A DNA stretch of 64,000 nt. Source: Adineta vaga (taxonomy: Eukaryota > Animalia > Rotifera). The translations under genes were made by a program, and so were the position numbers. Location: positions 4,030,001 to 4,094,000 of the forward strand of contig CP075494.1 in NCBI GenBank assembly GCA_021613535.1, read 5' to 3'. A model generated the notes under the pieces. That model was not told the origin of the DNA, made no database searches, and saw only the letters and a list, made by a program, of their open reading frames with translations. Shown one piece after another: positions 36,450 to 47,823 of this stretch (its first letter is position 1; every line of letters begins with the position of its first letter).

Positions 36450-39400
36450 TCAAGAAGTTGTGGAGTCTTCTCCAGATTTTTTATGATCCTTTTTTTGAGT
36501 TTCCACCGTGATTTCTGCTGACACACTGTCGAGATCATCTAATTTTGATGGGTTGTGCACTTCCAACTGCGCTCTAACTGATGGATTCTTATCACCAGTC
36601 GATGTCTTTGAATCTGAGTTAGGATTTGTAGTTGAATACGATGAATGTTCTTCTAATCTTGATACACCTTCATGTATATATGTCTCATTAGATAATGTTC
36701 CTGTTTTTACTGTTAGAGATGCATCATCTGTATAATGAGGTACACTAGGAAATGCTATATGGGGATGTATAAAAGTTGAATTCGTGTGTAGGGAATGACT
36801 CCACATAGCTCGTTGTAATTTTAAATAAAGCTTTTTTGCCCGATCTTTATCACCAGAAGGTGCAATAGATATCTTAATAGGTGTTATAGGTGGTCGAACA
36901 TTTGGTGTCCTTGCTGCTTGAAATGTAAAGTCCTATTAAACGATAATTTTATGATTTAAAGGGAGAAGACATATGAGGATCATTTTTTGGAACTAGTTTT
37001 AGTTTGATCGTAATTTTTTCTTTGTTCGATACAGAGTTCTACAAAGATCTGTTAGATCTAACTCAAGAATCAGATATTATCTCGAATAGCTCCTCATATC
37101 CTTACAAGAATTCTACATCGAATAAAGAATAAACTACGATCAAGTTAAAAAAAAACAGCCCAAAAAAAGGTTCCCTGTATGCCTTTGTTCTTACTAATCT
37201 CTTTGATGGAATTGGTCTAGCATCGGTAATATGACTTTTTGGATAGGCAACAACATGTACTTTGTATTGATCACCAGGAGCAAAACCTTGTACAGTATGG
37301 CGAAAATGATTAGATTTTATATTTTTTTTTTGTACAACATCATCGATAAGTAATTCGAAATGATCAATCAGATCAGATGCACTTGGTGGTTCAAGTGTAA
37401 TTGTTCCATGTAACGTATTCAAATATTGTAAATCAGCTGAAAGTTTTACTAGGTAATCATTATCATCTACAGGTTCGGATTCATCATTTCCAAAAACATA
37501 TGTTGGCCTAAAATGACTCTGATGTCAATATTTATCGAGAAAATACTTTAATACATGTATATCATTGACTATACTCAATCTAGAGAAATGTAATATAACA
37601 AGTAAACAAACCTGCTTGTCACAATCGAGCTTGATAACTTTTGATCATCCGTTGCATAAGCACGTAGAATCCGTAAACCACCACCTTTGTGAAAACATGC
37701 ACCTCTCCTTCGATCATAGAGCTAAATCATAAAAACTAAGTGTTTTCTTTTGTTTCTTTTCTCAATATTTACATGAACATTATTATTATGTTGTGTGGGA
37801 AGAGTACCATCTGATGTATAATAAATCCTAGCATTTCGATGATTCGGACAATCTAAATGTATTTCTGTATCAATTGGAGTTACAGGATCAATTTCTTCAA
37901 TAATAACAGGTACTTCAACTTGTCTTTCTATTTGCATACGAAAAAAAAAGAGAATAAAAAGTTTATTTTTATCGAGAAGTTTTACTTTGAATGGTACCCG
38001 CTGAAACAACACATACAGTTGCTATACCACGAAAACGATCAGAATGAAAAGTATGTCTTCCTGTTTGATCAAATGTATGTAAATCAAAAACATCTTCGAT
38101 ATAATCAACAAAATCTCCATCAATTGAAATCGTCTAAAATTTCAATGCATTAGAACTGATTCGAAAGGAACAAACGAGATCATTACTGAACTATCTCTGC
38201 TATCAGTTTCAATTGACCGTTGATAACTTCGTGGATTTGGTTCCCGATCAGCTAAGACCCATGACACAGTCTCATCCTATTTTTTCGTAACAGTAATAAG
38301 ATATTTTTCCAAGAAAATCGTCTACCTGTGCAACGTATAACGTATGCGGAAAGACTCGGTTATTCGCTATAGTAAAGTAATTTTCCCGGAAGATAGGATC
38401 AATGATAACCGTTGATATAAGTAGATCCTTTTAAAATAAATTTGAATGACATAAAATATTCGTTTTTTTTTAAATTTACTTGAAATGAACCGATAGTTGT
38501 TTCGAAATCTAAATCATAAAAAAAATGTGTTTTTTTTCAAGTATTTATTGATTGGTATTTGTTTACCTGGATTAGCAAAGAACGATGCTCCAATTGGAAG
38601 CTCTTTACAATAGATAGCCAAGCATTTTCGAAGTCTTCCTCGTTCAGCTTTACTATGAATGGATGTTAAACCTTCGAATGAGATATTTGTAGGTATTCGT
38701 ATAACACCATGAGAAATCGTTCTGTCAAATTTCCAAATAACAAAATCATTTCTATTCTTTGTTATTGTCATGTTTGAATAGAAATTTCCTTTTTCTATAG
38801 ATTGACAATGAAAAGTCGTTTCAGGTAGAACAACTATTGTAAATGGACATGTTGACGATGTCCGTGTGTTTGAAGTTTGAATATCAGTTGAAAAATAGAA
38901 AACACCAACGTTTGAAAATGTTTCCATATACTGTTTGGTATTCTTTCGTTGAGAATGAAATAATCTTCGTTCTGGATTCAATCGATTTCCATGTTTATCA
39001 ATTTGATAAATTCTACCATTTCTTCTTGTTGACGATGAATGAAATAGGACTCGATCATGACGATTGATTTTTAAGATTCTTGGCTGAAAGAGATTTGCTT
39101 CCGTATAACTAACACGATGAGTCTAAATTTGAGAAAAAGAAAGATTTAATTTTTCAAAAAAAAACAACGAGAAGTTATTCTTACATGACTACCATTTTGC
39201 ACAATAGCACTTATAAGAGAATAATCAGGATTATTCGAATAAGAAAAATTGTAGAAACCATATTGAGGAATATTGAAAAGAAATATTTCACACGAATGAA
39301 AATGATAACGAAAGAATGGTTCGATCTTTTTGCATTGATGTTGAGCTAAAAATAAATTCTATTTTTATAAACTATATTCGTACAAACAAAACGTAACATC

Positions 39401-41349
39401 TTGAGATATGAAATTATATTCTCATTTGAGAATATACTTACCACAATCAAATATATAAGGTAGATCACTTGTTACAGCTGGCAGTCGTGATGTCTTTGAA
39501 TCCTTAGCTATAAATACAGGTTGATCTTTTGGTTGATTTGCATCCCAATTGAACTGAATAAAATCTCTTGTATTCATTTCACAAACTAGAAATTTAAAAT
39601 AAATATTTCTTTTCATTTGAATTTTACTTACTTAATTCATCGTTAAAAAGTTTTAATTTATGAATAGTCTGCTTTGGCTCGACAATGATTGTTCCAATTT
39701 CACCACTAGCAGTTCTAAAACAAAATGCACCTATTTCTTTGAATTGATGACAGACATAACCACGATGTGTTGCTCCTCTTGGCCATGAAAAATATTGTTC
39801 ACCATTTCGAAGCTAAATAATTAAGAAAACTATGATTTCAAACTTTGTTTTCCTGTTTTAAAATACAAACTTCAATGACTTGTTCTTCATCATCATCCTT
39901 ATCATCATCAATATGAAATGGTTCAATTTGTACAATCGATTGTTTATTTGTAGTATCCCATTCAAATATAACCCATTCATCTTGTTCAATAGTAAGAAAA
40001 TTTGGTCGAATATCATAATCAGTTATACTAACATATTTTCTGTTATATGTATTATTAACAACACAAACAGTTATATCATGTATTTGATTTGTGTCAGTTA
40101 AACGAAATAGATATGACATACCATATTCATTGAATGTTTTTCGATATTTTCTTCTTGATGATGATGTTTTATTCAATGTTGGAGGAATTGTATAAAGACC
40201 AGCAGATATTGGACAATATTTTTTCTCTTCAATCTGATAACCAGTTTCATGTTCTGTTGACCAATCGAGTTCAATTGTATCACCTTTATATAGATGAGTT
40301 AGTTGATTTGTTTCTTCTTTTGTCAAAGAAATTTTTGTTTGACGTTTAGTCATTTTAAGATGATTTAATTCACAATATTTTTCTGGACATATAGGATCTT
40401 CTAAGATTGAATCACGTTGTGATGATCGAATTACACAGAAGTATAAATCAATTTCAGATTGATCTGGAGGAAGTTCGATCGAAAGTGGCAATAGTCTGTC
40501 TTTTTCTGGAGTACGATTTGTTATATCAAATAATGCATAACCATTTTTTATTCGATAATAATTATCATGCTCTTTGCAACATAGCCCTATTTCCAAATTT
40601 CAGAATTATGATTAAGTTTCATTTGATTTGTAGTCGAACTATAGCATTCACTATTATCCAATTTGTATTAAAAAGAGGAGAAATTGGACCATAGTGAATA
40701 TTATATTTCGACTGAATCAAATGGAATTTTACCAGAACTCTGATATTTTGAAGTAGGACGACTCTTGCACTCTTTGTAGACTTGAATTATATCGTGTTTC
40801 TTGTTTCCTTTTATTTCAAATAGAATAACATCACCGCATTGGACATAGATTGGTGGTCTGTGGATAAGTGGATCAGTAGTTATTTTAATAACATGTATTC
40901 GTTGTTCATTTTTAGTAATATTTCTAAGGCTGGGAAGTCCTTTCGGTATCAGGACATTGGAAACTAAATAATGGTAAAAAAAACAACTATTAATAGTGAA
41001 AACTCAATGTTTAGTCATTTAAAATTTTGTATGCTCATTAATCTGATTGAGACCTTAATGTGAAAGAAATTTTAGATCACAGTATAAAATTTTGATTTTA
41101 TCATGAGAATAGAGTACATTCATCTATGTTCTACTCAGTATCCGGAGATGCCATCAACCTCGGAATTACTCGGAAGCATCTTTCTACCTTTTCTTAGTTG
41201 ATAGTTTACTTTCTGATTTATCTGAAACAAAAATCAATCGAACCATCCTCACCCTGTTCATTGGTTATTATTTGTTGTGTACTATCATTTGAAGTTCCAT
41301 CACATAAAGGAACTGGAATTGGAATTGGAATAAATGCACCAATACCCAT
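36450..41349 (-). CDS. Large multi-exon protein with several cupredoxin-like repeats, an Fn3-associated/chitobiase-C domain and an FN3 domain
   Basis: Repeats like VSITDYDIRPNFLTIEQDEWVIFEW...F..IG.F.F; IHLDC...ARIYYTSDGTLPT; GFAPGDQYKVHVVAYP; many short introns; exact exon structure only partly resolved. Confidence 0.55.
40575..40769. mobile_element. 195-bp TG...CA element (solo-LTR-like) with 5-bp target-site duplication
   Basis: Ends TGCAA...TTGCA; CTCTT directly repeated at 40570-40574 and 40770-40774; removing it restores the reading IIQVYKEHDNYY. Confidence 0.65.
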
Positions 41350-43090
41350 ATCACCAGTATACTAGTAACAGTTATGGACACGTTTTCTATATTTAAAGAC
41401 AAAAACAAAAATATTATCTTGGAGAGTGTGGGTTATCAGAAATCCCTGTGATAATATACTTTTCTCCATTATTTCGATGCTTTTATAATAAGGAAACGTG
41501 AATCTTTTAGCATAGTGAGATTCTCTTCACATATAAGTATCAAAATCATGAAGAAAATCAGTCATTCTTATTAATATGTTATCAATGAGCGCGATGATAA
41601 TATTATTTTTTGGTACTCACGAGGATTAAAGCTTGTTGTAGTCGTTCGATCACAAGAGCTGGATCGTTATTAATATATTGTAGACTTATGAATAATCTAA
41701 AATAACATCAAGAGAGTGAGATAAAAGTGCTGATTCACTTTTAGTTCCGCGATAAACAGAGTTTCTATTATCTTATATACATCCTTGGAAAAATTTCGCA
41801 AGTTCCGATCGATTCTCAGACCTTTTCATGGATTAATTGAGGGAAGCTTCAAGCGATTGAACGATTTAAGCGTCGATAAATAGAAACTTTTCATCCTTTT
41901 ATCACGATTATAATATAGTTGCTTGTGTACTGAGAGAACAAAAAACATTAATTCAACATACAACCATTGATCAAGACGCGGATGATGATGTTATGTCACA
42001 CATATACTATTATGTTAATGATGAGTTTTGTGATTTGTGGAGAGAATATACACGGCGTGAGATGTGAAAATTTCTCTTCTCAGTGAACAAGGTAAGCTAA
42101 TGAGAACATATATTTTCAAGTTGTTTGCTTCAATAGAAATGTTTTAATGTATTTATGCATCTAGCCTTCTGTTTCTTCTCAGTCTTAACAACAGCAGAAG
42201 AGAAAAGAAAAAATCTTGTGCATTTTATTAACTTTACGTTACTATGCATAATAAGTATAGAAGTGTAACTTTGAATTTCTAATAACAATTGTTTGAAAGT
42301 AACATAAATGTGAAATTCGTTGCGAAGAGAAATTATGTAAAGCGCATAAAAAAATCAACAAAATTCTGTTTCTTTAACCACTGGATCTTCATCACTACTG
42401 ATTTGATCGATGATCATTATTGTTTGACTTCTCTATATTGTTTCTTTATTTAATAGTGAAAAAAAAACTACCTCGTAAAGTCTTTCCTAGTACAAATATC
42501 AGAATATATATCAAAGCAATATTGTACAACGCAAAATATATATATTTGTTGGACATAAAATGAATTATAAAACTCCTAAATTCAGATTATTTTATGAGGA
42601 TAATAAAGATCAAGCAGACTAAAAAGAAAAAGTTTTGATTCGCATTTCACATACATAAATATATAGAAACGAAATAATTTATTTTTTGAAGGTCGGTTAC
42701 TTGTGTACTTTGCTAGGTTTCAGTGAATGCTGTCATGATTTGTCACAGTATTAATAAGACAAGAATTTGTAGACTTTTGAACACAGAAACATATACTTAA
42801 GGTAAAGTATAGCAACTCAACAGTAGACAGAAATTGTATATGTAAGATTCACATATATTTCGTGTATGAAATTCGACTGGGTTAGAGAATATGCTAAAAG
42901 TGAACCAGAATTTACAGTATAGCGTCTGTTAACTTCAAGTCGTTGAATTCCTCGACGTTTCAAACAAAGTTATCATCATTTTAGGAATAGAGTCGAAATA
43001 ATCTTAAAATGTGTTTCTTTTTGTATTAAAAAAGGAGACTTCATATGAAAAAAAAAGTTTTCAATCAAAACAATAGGTATCATTGATCTC

Positions 43091-44824
43091 CTAGATAGGC
43101 CGCAGTCCGCCTGGAGATACAATCTTAAGGACTGGCAGAGGATGTAGATTTTGAATTGTTTCAGTGGGTTCGAAGACAGGGACGCTACGTGGACATATAA
43201 TAGGCCAATATTTATGTACCAAAAATATAATGAAACCTGCTGCTGCAGTAAAAAGGACTGAACCAACAACAATTCCAGCAATCATTCCAGGATTTGGTGG
43301 TTCAGTTACGATGACTAATACTGTCAAAGCAGTGGTTGTAGTCGTAGTCGTAGTTGTCGTCGCAGTTGTTGTTGTAGCACTAGTTGTGGTACTTGTTGTC
43401 GATGTTGTAGAAGTACTTGTTGTTGAGGTGGTTGATGTTGTGCTGGTTGTAGAAGTAGTAGTGGTAGTCGTAGTAGTTGCCGATGTCGTACTTGTAGACG
43501 ATGAAGACGAAGTTGACGTACTTGTTGATGATGAAGTTGATGTGGAACTTGTGCTGGTAGTAGTACTTGTTGCAGAAGTTGATGACGTAGTTGAAGTACT
43601 TGTCGTCGTAGTGCTAGTACTTGTCGATGTACTCGTAGTGCTTGTTGATGAAGTGCTAGTACTTGTGGTGCTAGTTGATGAGGAACTAGTGCTGGTCGAT
43701 GTGGTTGCAGTACTGGTTGTTGTGGTACTTGTGGATGTGCTAGTACTCGACGTGGTTGCAGTACTTGTCGATGTACTGGTAGTACTTGTGGAAGTAGTCG
43801 ACGTGGTACTTGTAGTTGTTGTTGTTGCTATTTTGTAAAAATAATATAAAGATATGATGATGTCGTCAGAAAAACTTCGATATAAAATCTAATTTCTATT
43901 GAAAGAAGCATCAATTCTGTGTTTACACAAATCTGAACTCAAAGAATTATCAACATTTGGATAGCATTTCTAAGGATGTGAGTATGTAGAAGGAAATTAC
44001 ATCTAAATATTCGAATCAAGAGTTCTTCAATGAGGTGGAAATATCTGGTATTAAATATATAGATAGAAGTTTCTTAGATAACATCTGATTTTTTTTTCTA
44101 TTAAGTATATATAAAGGTCGTCTTATGTGCAAAGCAATTGACATAATCTCTAGACAAAATAGGTATTGTCTCATAGAATTAATGAAATAAAACATATGAA
44201 ATCAAATGGTTTGAAACCACATTGATACCAAATAATCATTCTATAAGGTGTTATAACATGCTTTTCTTTGACCTATTTTGTAGTAAACAATATGAGTGAG
44301 ATGTTCATCTGTTTAGTCTTTCACACATAAACACTCGACAATGAAGAACTTTAAAAAGTAAATAGTGCTAGTATGTCCCAATGGATGAAGCCCGAAGGGT
44401 ATCTTAAGATCTATCGGTTCTACTCAGATATCTGGACATTAATTATTGCCTCATTACATAGTCATTTTCGCAAAGAAGGTTTTCTTTTGCATATATTAAC
44501 ACATAAATATATTCGGTATAAAATTCTTACTTGTTGTCGTTGTTGGACATGTACAGTTACAACCAGTGAGAGTAGTACATATTCCTGGATCTACTTGACG
44601 CTTGAAACGATTATGAACTTCATCATCCTTAGGTGGTTCGTCGTATAGATTTTCTATATATGAATAATACAAACATTGTGAAAACCTTTCGAATATTTGT
44701 AAACATACTATTTTCGGTCAACGTATAACTACGAGTACCAATAGTGAATATTAAAATCCATACTACGAGTTGGAAAACATCCTATTTTAAAAAACAAATA
44801 TGAGACCATTGTTGTTACGCACAT
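43091..44824 (-). CDS. Mucin-like type I membrane protein (signal, RFKR furin site, small Cys knot, Thr/Ser stalk, TM)
   Basis: Exons near 44824-44520 (LVVWILIFTIG; HNRFKRQVDPGICTTLTGCNCTCP) splice in phase 1 to a ~170-aa T/S-rich exon and TM GMIAGIVVGSVLF...; 5' end uncertain. Confidence 0.7.
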
Positions 44825-46189
44825 TTGTAATCTTATGCGACCATCTTCTAACTCATCGTTGAGTAACCATCCATTCTCTTTTCGCATGAAAGAAATATAT
44901 TAAAATTTACTACTTACCATTCTGACTTAGTTGCACAATCTATATATAGACAATTTCGTGGTCAGTTATACTGAGATTGTCTTTTTACAATTCAGTGAAT
45001 GACTTAAACTTATTTAACTATTCCAATAAACCGTCTCGTCAATGCGTCTCTACCATACACTTCATCTGACGGTCGTTCTCTTCTATAATTTACATAAGTT
45101 CACTATTTTTCATTGTAATTCACTTTCTTCGATCACATTTCAACGTGAAGCAACAACAATCGATTCGACTAATTTTAATGAAATTCAACCAATGCAAAAA
45201 AATACTTTCTTCTGTTTCTCTACCATCTCTTTCTTTCTTTGCTGTCTTCTATTTGATTGTTGTTATTATTGTCGTTGCCGTCCTTGTAGCAAAAGCAGCG
45301 TCGTCAACGTCGTAGTAACTGGCAAAAAGCAGTTTTTCAATAAGCAATGATACCTCGAAATCACTTACGTATGATCGTAGCTATGATATTCGTAACAACT
45401 ACAACATAGAAACAAAATTTTCTCAATATGTTATGACTGTGATTTCTCGAGCGGGTAGTAAATAGATTTCCTCGACGTCCTTTCACTCTTTGTGTAGCAA
45501 CCTTTTACGAATAGAACTTATCTTTTTCCTTCGAAGCTTTCGAACTCTAGAACGGTTGAAACACTGTTTTCAAGGAAAGTTCGTAGATGGTCTAAAAACA
45601 GTAAAGGTTATATTTATTAAAGATGTGATTGCACTGAGGGCTTACTTTCTCGTTATTCTTGAAATTCTCTGTCGAGATCAATATGTACAGTCATATCGTT
45701 AGTGAAATCTTCGTCAATCTTTTCTACATTCGGTAGTTTGAATAAATAAATCGAAATAATTCTTAGACATAGGATTTTTGGTGAGAATAATAACATTTCT
45801 ATTCTTAATTAGAATATGTGATTTAAATTATATGAAAAATAAATAAATCTTTTTAAACATAATTTAGATTATATTCTTTAAAATAACAGCAAATAGTTTT
45901 TTAGTTAATGATCTCCAATTCATCGTCCTTGAGATGACGTGTCGTGCAATTAAATCGATAAATTACATGATTAATAATTATAACAGTACTAACAATAATG
46001 AAGTCGGTAATTTCATGAATAATTCGTAGGATTCTTTTTTGAAATATGTATATTTGATACGTCCACATAGTTTCTATTATTCAATGCTCTCGAACATAAG
46101 TATGATTTACCTCTAGTCGATGTAAAACTTCCTATGATAGCTGTATTCATTCTTGCAACATGTTCTATTCTAAACGTAAGTAAGATTCC

Positions 46190-47370
46190 TGTCTCTAAAC
46201 CTCGAAACCCACACCCACCCAAGTTATGATGATGCGAAAATTTTGTTTGTCTCCTGTACTATACACTTCAGAATTTCTTTTCTTTTCTTTCCAATTCAGC
46301 GAACGCTGGTTACAAGTTCGTTGCATAGATTTAAATTAAAAATAGAAAAAAAAATACTCCTGCTATGAGAATTTTACCGTTCTCTGTTTACTTTCACTTA
46401 AATTGTGTTGATTTGGATTTTTCATCGTTATGACGAGCAAACAAAACTCTGGTTTGTACGCACAATACATCCAACGCAACTAAATCTTCATGACAACAAA
46501 AAATATCTAGTTTAATTCGAGAGAGAATCAAATTCGTTATCTTAAATAACGTCTAACGAAAAGCTGCAATTAATATTTTCTACCATATTACGGGTGTGTG
46601 TACATCTGTTTCTCATCCACATCCTCAATTTCGATATTTTTGCTTATTTTCCAGATATATTTCTGTTCCATACAGTTATTTAGCATTGTTATTTTTCACT
46701 TTGAATCAAAAATGACCAAGACTACAATTTGGATGAAAATAAATATGCGCGGATCGAAAAAGACTCTACCCAAGCCAGATCCTACCCCTTATGCTCGGAA
46801 AGGTAAAGTAAATCAGTTAATCAATGGAGCTTAGGTAGAATCTAGAATCCTTCTTGGAAGAGTGTATCTCCTAAAACGCCGGACATACATCGACGATTAA
46901 ACATTCATCTTCAAAATGCGAGAGCGACAGTTCACTATTACTACTAGATAAGTATAGCTAGATGAATGTTGAAAAATATATTTCCACCCTAGTAAAATGA
47001 TCTGTTGATTTGAAATGACACAAATAACTGTACATTTGATTTAGAAGATCCTATAAGAGAACCCAAGGAAAAGAAAGTTCAGCAATGTGGTGGTAATGCT
47101 TGTCCTCAATGTTACAAGTGTATGGATTGGACTTATAATGGTGATTTTCTAAATGATTTTAAGTGTCTTCAAGAAGAAGACATAGGTGGTCAAATAGTTG
47201 ACAAGATCTTTTGGCATCGTCGTCCTTATGCAACATGTTGTTATCACTCTGGATTTGTACATTTGCTTTCCTATAATCATACTTATCACTCACAATTTTG
47301 TGTTTATCGCGGTTCTCCTAATTGCTATTATTGTGCTGTGTGCACTTGTGATAAACAAAAATAAAAGAAC
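46190..47370 (+). repeat. Left arm of a diverged inverted duplication (partner ~53790-54860)
   Basis: Shared non-coding blocks (ctaaacctcgaaac; cagaatttcttttc; gcaaacaaaa.tctggtttgt; acaaaaaatatct) and a paralogous gene on the opposite strand. Confidence 0.75.
46712..47364 (+). CDS. Small Cys/His-rich putative zinc-binding protein, 136 aa
   Basis: Exons 46712-46802 and 47045-47364 in frame; CGGNACPQCYKCMDW...WHRRPYATCCY...CTCD. Confidence 0.75.
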
Positions 47371-47823
47371 ATAAATAGTCTTGCCTGAAATTATCTTGTA
47401 ATCTATGATTTTTCAGGGTGTGTATCTAAGCATGTGCATTTCTCTTTCCTGATAGGATAGAAGATACTATCTAAATTTCGTCATGGCAGTATTCAAAATA
47501 TGTTATAACTAACACGTCGAGATAATATTTATTTGATCTCGGTATGAAATGAAATAGACTGATTTGTTATACACTATGTTATTAGGTTCTAGCTATTGAA
47601 AAGATAGTTCTCGATTGCATTAAATCACTTGCTTAGTATTTATTATATTATTTTTAGATAAATAAATTTTCTTTATTTCAGATTTATCATGACATAACGA
47701 ATGAACGAGCAAGTTTAATTAATTGATATTATCTTAATATTTTCTTTTACAAAATGACAGCTCTTTTTGTTTTATTCAATAAATTCGTATACTTCAACTG
47801 AGATTTAACTGAAAAGAAAAGGA

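Noticed and set aside
43164-43838. 224-aa poly-Val ORF on the + strand
   Set aside because: Antisense shadow of the Thr/Ser-rich mucin exon on the minus strand.
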